From an uncultured Acidobacteriota bacterium (GTDB lineage: Bacteria > Acidobacteriota > Thermoanaerobaculia > Multivoradales > UBA5704): DNA of 64,000 nucleotides. Position 1 is the first letter of the stretch, and every line of letters starts with the position of its first letter. The stretch is from NCBI GenBank assembly GCA_963770895.1, contig CAVYRF010000001.1:1664001-1728000 (forward strand), read 5' to 3'. Under the pieces are notes generated by a model. That model searched no databases and was not told where the DNA came from. It was given only the letters and a program-made list of their open reading frames with translations. Both the position numbers and the translations under genes were made by a program. Below are positions 1 to 8,056 of the stretch, piece after piece.

Positions 1-1177
1 GGAGGCTGGAACGCGCCGACTCGACGACGTTCAGGGCGGCCTCGAGCACAGCGATCGCCTCGGTACGCGTGCCGCCGGCGCGCAGGGCCCGCGCCAACTC
101 CAGGCGCGCCATGACCCGGCCCTCCTGGCCTCCCAGGGCTTCAAATTCCTCCACGGACTGACGAAGAATCGGCACGGCCTTGGCGATTTGCCCCTGGCAG
201 CGCAGCACAGCCCCGAGGCCAAGGTGAAGGTACGCGGTATGGAAAGGCGACACACCTCCCTTGCGCTGCGATAGCGCCAGCGAGCGCTCCAGATCCTGCC
301 GCGCCTCGCGGAGGCGGTCGAGGCGGCGGTAAAGCTGAGCCCGTTGTTCCAACGCGATGCACAAGTCGTAATCGGCATTGGCCGCAGTGAGGACCGACAG
401 AGCATCATCGTAAGTTGTGAGGGCGGCGTCCGGCTGGCCGTCGAGGGCGAGCCCCCAGGCCAGGGAAGCCAGGCTCTGGCCAAGAGTGGTGGTGGCTCCG
501 GAGCTCCGGTGCAAGGTGACCGCTCGGCGCAGCTCTTCGGCACCCTCACGCAGGCGACCGAGTTGCAACAGCAGCACTCCCCGATTGTGGAGCGCGGCGG
601 CCTCTCCAGCGAGGTCGCCGAGGCCATGGCGAAGCGCGAAGCATCGGTCGTGAGCGTTGAGCGCCGCGGACGGCAGTCCGCGGGCGGCGAATCCGGCCCC
701 CAGGTTGTTCCACGCGGTCGCCGCCACGGAAGGAAGACCCGCGGACTCCGCCAGCTCAAGGACCTGCCACTCAACCTGCTCGAGGCCGGCGAAGTCCCCG
801 AGCTGGAAGAGGACTTCGCCCAGATCGTTCGAGGTCTCGGCGTGCTCCGGAATGCTGCCGTGTTCGGAGAAGGCCCCCCGCGCCTGCTCCAGGGCTCTTC
901 GGGCCTCCTCCAGACGGCCCTGCCGTCGCAGGTCGAGCCCCAGGCGGCGCCGTGCCCGAGCCTGTTGCAGAGCCGGCGTAGAGCGCGCGTCGCCGGCACG
1001 AGCGGGCCACGTCGTCGGGGCCTCCCGCATCGCCTGGGAGGCCTCGCCTCGATCGCTCGCGGTTACCGGCACGGTCTCAGCTGCCGCTGGTAGCCGAGGA
1101 GTGTGAGCTGGGGAACCGCATCCGACCACGGCGACGGCAAGCCAGCTCACGGACAGCGGACATCGCTTGAGAGTCAC
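1..1177 (-). CDS. TPR-repeat lipoprotein, runs off the window start (probably a TPR-CHAT protein)
   Basis: Not in the ORF track because its stop lies outside the window. Manual translation from GTG at 1177 (overlapping the upstream TGA) gives MTLKRCPLSVSWLAVAVVGC (lipobox-like), then TPR-type helices (AETSNDLGEVLFQLG, ATAWNNLGAGF, AAALHNRGVLLLQLG). The CHAT domain is inferred, not seen. Confidence 0.75.
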   Translation of the reverse strand, partial: MTLKRCPLSVSWLAVAVVGCGSPAHTPRLPAAAETVPVTASDRGEASQAMREAPTTWPARAGDARSTPALQQARARRRLGLDLRRQGRLEEARRALEQARGAFSEHGSIPEHAETSNDLGEVLFQLGDFAGLEQVEWQVLELAESAGLPSVAATAWNNLGAGFAARGLPSAALNAHDRCFALRHGLGDLAGEAAALHNRGVLLLQLGRLREGAEELRRAVTLHRSSGATTTLGQSLASLAWGLALDGQPDAALTTYDDALSVLTAANADYDLCIALEQRAQLYRRLDRLREARQDLERSLALSQRKGGVSPFHTAYLHLGLGAVLRCQGQIAKAVPILRQSVEEFEALGGQEGRVMARLELARALRAGGTRTEAIAVLEAALNVVESARSSL

Positions 1178-1965
1178 CGGTCGAGCTCCACCTCCAACCG
1201 GAAGCTTGCCACCGTCTTGCCGGCGCGGTCTCTGACAAGAAGCTGGTGAGGTCCCTCTGCCAGGTGATCCCGGGGTAGGAACAGCACGAAGACGCCTCCT
1301 TCGCCGGGCATGAGGCCCTGCGACCGGAAGACCTCCGTGTGGCCGCGCCGGATCTCCAGATCGTAGGGCCCGGAGTCCAGCGTGACACCCGGCGCCGCCA
1401 GGGTGAGGACAATTCCTCTGGTGGCGGCAGGAACGACCGTGCGCTCACCGCCGCGCATTACGTCCGTCGCGGTGTCCGAGAGAGCCAGCAGCTCGACGAT
1501 CGGCAGGTTGATTTCGACGGCTCCCCGGGGAGACCCTGGGACGGCGTGGGGGCGCATCTGTCCGACCGCAAGGGCCAGGGCCACTCCTGCAGCGAATGAG
1601 GCCGTGATGGGTAGCCAAGCCCGAGCAAAGGAGCGTCGCGGCTGCGGGGACGGCTCGGCCGCCACCTGGACTCCGGGCAGAATTCCTTCCGCCTGCAGCC
1701 GTGTCCGCATGGCCTGCCAGCGCCGGTCCAGGCCGGCATCGTTCTCGAATGGCGCCTGGCGATCCGCCGGGTCGGGGAAGCGCATCAAGTCGAAGAGCTC
1801 GCTCGCCACGCCGGGGTCCCACGCAGCACGTTCGAGCAGACGCTCGCGCTCGGCTGCGGACAGCTCGCCGGCGTGCAGAGCGATCATCTGGTCGGTTGAC
1901 GGCCGCTCGCCCAACGCTTGCCGGCGCTCGCCAATGATCTCCGCTAGGGTCGTTTTCCAGTCCAT
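1174..1965 (-). CDS. Anti-sigma-factor-like single-TM protein (degenerate zf-HC2 N-terminus)
   Basis: Starts MDWKTT with RBS AAGGAG. LHAGELSAAERERLLER resembles the ZAS region, followed by a TM (WLPITASFAAGVALALAVG) and an extracytoplasmic beta-rich domain. Lies directly downstream of an ECF sigma. Confidence 0.65.
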   Translation of the reverse strand: MDWKTTLAEIIGERRQALGERPSTDQMIALHAGELSAAERERLLERAAWDPGVASELFDLMRFPDPADRQAPFENDAGLDRRWQAMRTRLQAEGILPGVQVAAEPSPQPRRSFARAWLPITASFAAGVALALAVGQMRPHAVPGSPRGAVEINLPIVELLALSDTATDVMRGGERTVVPAATRGIVLTLAAPGVTLDSGPYDLEIRRGHTEVFRSQGLMPGEGGVFVLFLPRDHLAEGPHQLLVRDRAGKTVASFRLEVELDR

Positions 1966-1979
1966 GGCGCGGCTCTCCT

Positions 1980-2642
1980 TCAACGCAGCAGAAGGACCAT
2001 GATGACCGACAGGACGAAGAGCTCGATCAGTGGATCCAGATTCCGCAGGCGCTGGCGGCCCAACTGGACCTGCTTCTTCACGGTGGCGACAGAAACGCCC
2101 TGCGCCTGGGCGATCTCGTCGATCTTGTAGCCGTACGATTGGAAGAGCACGCACTGGCGCATGCGCTGTGGCAGCTCGTCCAGGGCCGCCCCCAGGTACC
2201 GGCGGCGCTCCGCCGCGAGGGTCAGCTCCAGGGGACTCTTGCCCGGGGCGGCGGGTTCGGCCACGGCCGGTCCGGAGTCGTCGTTCGGCGTCAGGATGTC
2301 GTCCAGAGGGAGCGGGTGGACGGCACTTCTCGAGCGCAAGAAGTTCTTCCAAGTGTTGGACATGATGAACAGAATCCAGGTGTCGAACGACGAGTCGAAG
2401 CGAAAGGACCCGATACCCCGAAAGACCCGCAACAGGATCTCCTGCACCAGGTCATCGACCTCCGACTCTGGGCACCGCCGGATCAGCAGGAGCTTCCTGA
2501 GGGCCGGCTCGTACTCGCGGAAGAGTCGTTCGTAGCACTCCGCGAGCCGGTCTCCGCGCTGGATCTGGCGCACCAGGTCAGGCACCCAGGTCCGATTCCT
2601 GCGCTCTCGCGGTGCCTTTGCGGCGGCGGGCTCCGTGCTCAT
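1980..2642 (-). CDS. ECF-type sigma-70 factor with hydrophobic C-terminal tail
   Basis: Region 2 DDLVQEILLRVFRGIGSFRFDSSFDTWI; region 4 LDELPQRMRQC...YKIDEIAQAQGVSVATVKKQV; GGAGG RBS before MSTEP. Confidence 0.9.
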   Translation of the reverse strand: MSTEPAAAKAPRERRNRTWVPDLVRQIQRGDRLAECYERLFREYEPALRKLLLIRRCPESEVDDLVQEILLRVFRGIGSFRFDSSFDTWILFIMSNTWKNFLRSRSAVHPLPLDDILTPNDDSGPAVAEPAAPGKSPLELTLAAERRRYLGAALDELPQRMRQCVLFQSYGYKIDEIAQAQGVSVATVKKQVQLGRQRLRNLDPLIELFVLSVIMVLLLR

Positions 2643-2710
2643 GCCTCCCTCGAATGGCGGACGGATTGCCACCATAGTCTACTCCGTCCTGTCGCCCGCC
2701 GAGGCCACAC

Positions 2711-2741
2711 GGATACTCCCTTTTCCTCGCGGCTGGGTCTA
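2711..2741 (+). promoter_or_regulatory. Putative ECF-type promoter
   Basis: GGATAC ... GGTCTA upstream of the divergent operon, resembling ECF GGAAC/GTCT elements. Confidence 0.3.
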
Positions 2742-2806
2742 TCCAGGAAATCCCGCGTAGTACGCGGGTCGCCACCCGAGACCGGTTGGCGAACCTGGAG
2801 GCTGCC

Positions 2807-2962
2807 ATGCCAAAGAGCACCGACCTTTCCGAGGCCAGCATCGAAATCCTGAAGGAGGGGGTCGCCGAAGACGTCCAGAAACCCGCCGGCCGTTGCGACA
2901 AGCGCGAGGAGCCCGCTCAGCCGCCCGATCCAACCGCCGAGGCGACGCGAAGCGCCGGCTGA
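2807..2962 (+). CDS. Small 51-aa protein MPKSTDLSEASIEILKEGVAEDVQKPAGRCDKREEPAQPPDPTAEATRSAG
   Basis: GGAGG 5 nt before the ATG; below the ORF-track size cutoff. Confidence 0.5.
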   Translation: MPKSTDLSEASIEILKEGVAEDVQKPAGRCDKREEPAQPPDPTAEATRSAG

Positions 2963-3037
2963 AGGAGGCTTCCTCCGACGATCTGCGGCCTTCACCGCGG
3001 CGACCGTCCTCATTGGACCTATAGGGAGATCCATACT

Positions 3038-3823
3038 TTGGACGCCTGCATCAGGATCCTGTTTCTGGCAGCCGATCCCAGCGATCTGACGCGAACCCGC
3101 CTCGCGGCGGAGTATCAGGTGATCAGGAACGAGCTGGAAAAAGGCAAGCTGGCCCGTCGCTTCGAGCTTCACCCAGAGTTCAGTGTCAAGGTTTCCGATA
3201 TGACCAGGGCGGTGTTGAATTTACGTCCGCACATCGTCCAGTTTTCCGGACATGGATCGATGAGCGGCGACTTGTGTTTCGAGGAGCCGGCGGCGACAGC
3301 GAAAAGAGTCAAGCCCGAGAATCTTGCAGGGTTTTTCGCCCTGCTTGCCGGGCGCGTCGATTGCGTGGTGCTCAACGCCTGCTACTCAGATCAGCAAGCG
3401 GCCTTGATCGCAAAGTATATTCCTTTCGTTGTGGGGTGGACCGAAGTGCTGACAGAGAAGGCGGCAATCTGCTTCTCTCGCGGCTTCTATCAGTCGCTCA
3501 GTGCCGGAGAGAAGATCGCGGGTGCCTTCAACGTCGCCAGGGCGCTGCTCCAAGCAGAGGAGCTCCTGGGCCAGGCCGAACCGGTCCTCAAGGTGGGTCC
3601 AGGTGCTGCAGAGCCGCTTGCCGGACCGTGGGGAGACTCTATGGAATCCGACGTACCTGCACCAGGTAGCCAGCCAGCCGACGGGAACAAGGCTGGCACG
3701 CAGACCGGGGTCAATTTTAACGCCAAGCGAGATCTCATAGTTAATGGTGGCGTCCATATTAGACCAGGCACCCCTCCCCGAAGAGCAAGAGAACCCCCGG
3801 GAAGCCGGAAAGGCTACGGGTAA
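3038..3823 (+). CDS. CHAT-domain (caspase-like) protease
   Basis: ILFLAADPSD...L..E N-terminus; His motif HIVQFSGHG; Cys motif VVLNACYS; FSRGFYQSL. Confidence 0.85.
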   Translation: MDACIRILFLAADPSDLTRTRLAAEYQVIRNELEKGKLARRFELHPEFSVKVSDMTRAVLNLRPHIVQFSGHGSMSGDLCFEEPAATAKRVKPENLAGFFALLAGRVDCVVLNACYSDQQAALIAKYIPFVVGWTEVLTEKAAICFSRGFYQSLSAGEKIAGAFNVARALLQAEELLGQAEPVLKVGPGAAEPLAGPWGDSMESDVPAPGSQPADGNKAGTQTGVNFNAKRDLIVNGGVHIRPGTPPRRAREPPGSRKGYG

Positions 3824-4373
3824 AATCTGGATCCTGCTCGTTCTCCTTGCGCTCGTAGTCGTGCTCGCACTGGTGGTTGTGCTCGCCATTGTTGCGGTTT
3901 CTCGCGATGGACCAGACGGAGGGCCTCTTGTGCCAAGAGAAATCACCTTGGGTAGCGACCGCACTAAAAATCACCTCGGCATTGTGGAGGCCCCGCGGGT
4001 CCCGCCCGTTTCAGTAAGCGCCGCGATCCTCCAAGCTGGAGCATCCATCCATCTCCTGGCAGCGTCGCTCCAGTCAGACGGGCAACTCCAGATTCGTGGA
4101 CAGGTGCGCCTCGCGGACCTGGGTGATCAGGAGAACCTGCGGAATTACCGTCGGAACCTTGAGGTGCAAGTGACGCTGGGTGATGGCTCCGCCGGCTCAT
4201 CTTTGATCGACGCCGAGAGTGGCGTTTGGCAGGTGAATCTCAGGCCGGCTCACCCCCTCAAGGCCGGGGAGTCGTTGCAAGTCAAGGTGGAGCTATTCGG
4301 CGAGCGAGGGAAACCGGCGCTTGACCATAGCGATGCGACCATCGACGTCGGTGCGTCGGAACCACCCTTATGA
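3744..4373 (+). CDS. Single-TM protein with extracytoplasmic Ig-like domain (possible frameshifted continuation of the CHAT gene)
   Basis: Strong TM IWILLVLLALVVVLALVVVLAIVAV; 80-nt overlap with the CHAT ORF; ATGA coupling to the next gene. Confidence 0.6.
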   Translation: MVASILDQAPLPEEQENPREAGKATGKIWILLVLLALVVVLALVVVLAIVAVSRDGPDGGPLVPREITLGSDRTKNHLGIVEAPRVPPVSVSAAILQAGASIHLLAASLQSDGQLQIRGQVRLADLGDQENLRNYRRNLEVQVTLGDGSAGSSLIDAESGVWQVNLRPAHPLKAGESLQVKVELFGERGKPALDHSDATIDVGASEPPL

Positions 4374-5548
4374 GCATCGAAGATCTCTCATCGCTGCCGC
4401 CGCAAGCCGTTGTATTGAGTCCACCACCCGGCAACGACGGCTGCCCTGCCGGGACGGATGCCCTGGGAGAGAGTGCGGAGGGCGCAGAGCAGCCGGCGGA
4501 GCTCAAGGTGTCGAGAATCCGAGTCCCGCAGCCTCCCCGCCTCTCGTTGCCGGAATTGGATCACCAGTTCATCGAGACCTGCCTCCATCTGGAAGATTGC
4601 GAGCCCCGGGTGGCTACCCATCATCGCAGCCTGTTCCTTTCGTGGTACGGAGGTGACGTCGAGCAGGCGGTGCAGGCCCGCGACCTGCTCGAACGTCACG
4701 TCGGGAGGTTGGAGGGGAAGATCAAGCTCCTCTCCAGACGGATGCTCAGGACCGATGAGCTATTGAGTGAGGAACAGAAGGCGGCGGCAGGGGCCGACAG
4801 GGCCGCGTGGACCAAGCTCGACGTCGCCACCGCGGCCGGGCTGGGTGTGTTCTCCCTGATCCTCCTGGGCATGGGGATGAACACGCTGGCGACCTATCTG
4901 ATGGACTCCGGTTTCATCATCTTCGTGGAGCGCCCCGCCCTGGCCTACCTGCTCTCCGCGGTCAATGTGGGCCTGGCAGTTCTGCTCAAGGTGGGCTCCT
5001 CCTGGTGCAGAGACGACGCCACCAGGCATCGGTACTTCGTCTGGCTGTGGCGTCTGGGATTGATCAGCGGAGCCCTCTGGCTCATCACGTTCGCCATCAT
5101 CTTTCCTGATATCAAGGCGCGGGGCGTGGACGAAGTCATTGCCAACCTGAGCGAGAAGAGCGCGCTGAAGGAAAGCCTTCTGGAGGATGTGTTCGTCTGC
5201 TCGCAGCTGGTCTGTGAAATCTGCATCTCCGCGGCGCTGTGGATGCACCTTGAGCGGTTGGCCCGCGCCCATGCACCCGCGCTGGTCATGGTGAGCAACC
5301 CGGAGCACCGCGGATACCGGAAGCTCTTGTCGGAGTGCAACGAGAGCCTGCGTGCCGCCGTGGAGAAGAGGGCGGCGCTGGAGGGCTGGCTCAAAGCGCT
5401 CCGCGCCTGCGAGTCCGCCTACGTTTCCAAGGCGATCTCCGCCGCGACGGCTGGGCTGGTCTCCCGCCAGGCCGGGCGTTACGGGTTGGATGGAAAAAAC
5501 GGTGCCGGACGGTTCCACAACGACGTCGGAAGCGAGGACTCACAATGA
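4370..5548 (+). CDS. 4-TM membrane protein flanked by coiled-coil segments
   Basis: Four hydrophobic stretches between helical regions; ATGA overlaps at both ends. Confidence 0.75.
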   Translation: MSIEDLSSLPPQAVVLSPPPGNDGCPAGTDALGESAEGAEQPAELKVSRIRVPQPPRLSLPELDHQFIETCLHLEDCEPRVATHHRSLFLSWYGGDVEQAVQARDLLERHVGRLEGKIKLLSRRMLRTDELLSEEQKAAAGADRAAWTKLDVATAAGLGVFSLILLGMGMNTLATYLMDSGFIIFVERPALAYLLSAVNVGLAVLLKVGSSWCRDDATRHRYFVWLWRLGLISGALWLITFAIIFPDIKARGVDEVIANLSEKSALKESLLEDVFVCSQLVCEICISAALWMHLERLARAHAPALVMVSNPEHRGYRKLLSECNESLRAAVEKRAALEGWLKALRACESAYVSKAISAATAGLVSRQAGRYGLDGKNGAGRFHNDVGSEDSQ

Positions 5549-7245
5549 GCCGGAAAGCATTCAGCTACACGATCAAATCCTGGAGTCTGCGGCTGGGTCA
5601 CCTGGCCTTGGCGTGCCTGCTCGGCACGGCCTGTTGGCATGACTCCTCGGCGGAGTCCGCTCCGCGGCCCGTTCGCAACTACATCGTCGGTGTCTCTCCC
5701 TTCATCCCGCAGGCTCAGGCCGCCGCAGTGCGGAAGGCTCTCTTCCTGATGATGCTGGAGAAGATCCCCATCGGCAGCCATGTGACGGTCTTCGACGCCT
5801 ACCATCTGGTCCGGATCACGGATTTTGCCATTCCCGCAAAGGACGCCTTCACGTACCCGAAGATCAGGACCAAGCAGTTCGCGCCAAACCTGCGGGAGAC
5901 GCAGCGGTTCCTGGATACATCGGTGGTCGGCGACGGAGAGGCGGGCGAAGGGATGATCCGGGTCCCCGAGTTCCTCGACCTGGTCGCCAGCTTGGGACTG
6001 CATGATCAGCCGCCGGCAACAGTGGTGCTGCTCGGAGGGGCGCTGTATTTGGACCCGAACGACGCTCGCTTTTCCATGGCGGGAGGCCTGTATCCCACGG
6101 ATGAACACCTCTGCGTGGCGCGCGCAATGTCCGTCTTCGGCACGACCGACCGGAGGGGCCAGCTCAGGGGTGCGCGAGTACATTATGCCTATCTGGGCCA
6201 CCCCTGGGTCAACGCCGTCCACGAAGAACCGGTGCGGCGTTTCTGGAGCCTTTTCATCGAGGAGCAAGGAGGAGAGTTGGTCACCTTCGTCGGCGATCTG
6301 CCGACGGTGGTCGACCGCATGGCCGATCCGGACGCGCATGCGCCCTGGCGCTACCAGCTCAATTGTACGGAGCCACCCAATCCAAGTCGGCCGTTGAGAA
6401 TCGGCATCCGCTGGACCTGCCACGACTGCGACCTGGACCTCTACTCGCGCCCTGGCGCTGCAGCAGCGGAGCTCTGCTTTCGCAATACGCGGACGCCGGA
6501 GGGTGTCTATATCAAGGATTATACGAGCTCGCCGCCGGCCAATGATTTTGAATGGATTGAGTACCGCGTGCGGGTGGACCTCTCCAAGGTGAAGGCAGCG
6601 GTGAACTTCTATGCCGGCCAATCCGCGGGTGGAGTTTCCGGCGAGGTGCGGGTCCAGAGCGGGGAGCGCACGTATGGCGCTCCGTTTCGGATCGCAGCTT
6701 CGGAAGGCAATCAGGGCGGCGAAAGCGACCACCGAGCCAGCAGCCGCTATTGGACGGTGCTCGACATCGGCGCGCTGGTGGGCCGCGGCAGAGGCCGGCC
6801 GGCTCAACCGGGCATCAGCGCCCAACCGCGGCCGGCGCCCGCGCCGGTCGCTGCACCCCCGACAGAGCCGCCTGCCGCCGCACCGCCCAGCGCGGCAAGT
6901 GCTTCTCGCGGCGTGGGCGCGGCGCGCGGAGTCCGCATCCTGTCACCGCAGAACGGTTCCACGATTCACGCGGGTCAGACGCCGAGTCCGGTACCGCACG
7001 CGGTGGAGGGAGACGTCTATGGATTCGGCCAGGGTGAAATTGAGCGATTCCACCTGGAGGTGGAGGTGTCAATTTTAACCAACGACGTGTTTCCGCAAGG
7101 AATTGCCGAGGTGCACGGCAACGGTACCTGGCGGCTGCCGACCGCCTGGTTTGGCGGCTCCCAACATACCGTCCGGGCGGTGCTCAAGGACGGCAACGGC
7201 AACGAGATCAACTCTCAGGAGATCAGTGTCACAGTGGTTCATTAG
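5545..7245 (+). CDS. Exported lipoprotein: vWA-like alpha/beta domain, YfaP/DUF2135-like domain, Pro/Ala linker, Ig-like domain
   Basis: Signal LALACLLGTAC; IRWTCHDCDLDLY motif; Pro/Ala-rich linker. Confidence 0.65.
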   Translation: MSRKAFSYTIKSWSLRLGHLALACLLGTACWHDSSAESAPRPVRNYIVGVSPFIPQAQAAAVRKALFLMMLEKIPIGSHVTVFDAYHLVRITDFAIPAKDAFTYPKIRTKQFAPNLRETQRFLDTSVVGDGEAGEGMIRVPEFLDLVASLGLHDQPPATVVLLGGALYLDPNDARFSMAGGLYPTDEHLCVARAMSVFGTTDRRGQLRGARVHYAYLGHPWVNAVHEEPVRRFWSLFIEEQGGELVTFVGDLPTVVDRMADPDAHAPWRYQLNCTEPPNPSRPLRIGIRWTCHDCDLDLYSRPGAAAAELCFRNTRTPEGVYIKDYTSSPPANDFEWIEYRVRVDLSKVKAAVNFYAGQSAGGVSGEVRVQSGERTYGAPFRIAASEGNQGGESDHRASSRYWTVLDIGALVGRGRGRPAQPGISAQPRPAPAPVAAPPTEPPAAAPPSAASASRGVGAARGVRILSPQNGSTIHAGQTPSPVPHAVEGDVYGFGQGEIERFHLEVEVSILTNDVFPQGIAEVHGNGTWRLPTAWFGGSQHTVRAVLKDGNGNEINSQEISVTVVH

Positions 7246-7259
7246 CAAAGGAGGATGCA

Positions 7260-7955
7260 ATGCGACAACTCATGGCGTTTGGGATCGGCCTGGTCCTGGT
7301 CGCTTCGTCGGCGGTCTCCAACGCCGGCAATGGCCGCGGCGTCACCGTGGTGTCCGGAACGGTGCGGGACCAGGGAGGCTCGCCCCTCCAAGGCGCGACA
7401 ATTCACGTCAAGGGCGCCAACCTCACCGACGTTCTGACCAATGCGGACGGTTGGTTTCGCCTCGCCATCGCCGACGTTACGGGAGAGATCCCGCTGCGAT
7501 TTGCACGCGCGGGATTTGCCGACAAGATCTTGGCCGTCCAACCGCAAACAGCTGAGATCAAGCTCGATGTCGTGCTGACCAGGAAGAGCTTGGAAGTCAG
7601 CCTGATGGAGTTCGAGCGCGGTCGCAAGATCCGGGGAAGGGTTTCCGGACTTGCTCCCGGAGAAGAAGGTCAGCTCAAAGTGCTGGTCTACGTGTTGACC
7701 AACAAGTGGTACATCCACCCCGAAGCGGTCGCGACTCCAGGGCTCGGCTTCGCCATCATCGACCCCGCTGGGCGATGGGAGATCGGTAGCGTATGGCGTG
7801 GCTATCAGGCCACCAAGCTGGCCATCCTGGTGGTGCCGAAAGAGGCCTGGGCGCCTCCCACCATCGAGCCCGGGGAAGCCCGGCCGGAGGACACTCTGCG
7901 ATCCCGGCTGGTGCCGCTGGCGATCTCGGTCCTCGCAGCTCCCGCCGGAATCTGA
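7260..7955 (+). CDS. Secreted carboxypeptidase-regulatory-like domain protein
   Basis: Signal peptide; VSGTVRDQGGSPLQGATI...TNADGWF; AGGAGG RBS. Confidence 0.75.
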   Translation: MRQLMAFGIGLVLVASSAVSNAGNGRGVTVVSGTVRDQGGSPLQGATIHVKGANLTDVLTNADGWFRLAIADVTGEIPLRFARAGFADKILAVQPQTAEIKLDVVLTRKSLEVSLMEFERGRKIRGRVSGLAPGEEGQLKVLVYVLTNKWYIHPEAVATPGLGFAIIDPAGRWEIGSVWRGYQATKLAILVVPKEAWAPPTIEPGEARPEDTLRSRLVPLAISVLAAPAGI

Positions 7956-8056
7956 GCCCGACACCGGCGCGGCGGCTGAGAGTCGCCGCGGCGCGCGGGC
8001 CGGGCGGCGTGTGCCGCCGGCCCGCGCGTCGTAGAGCGGTGGAGCGGTGGAGCCGG

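Noticed and set aside
31-1106. Track ORFs 31..999(-), 344..1093(+), 657..1106(+)
   Set aside because: Shadows or alternative frames of the TPR gene that runs off the window.
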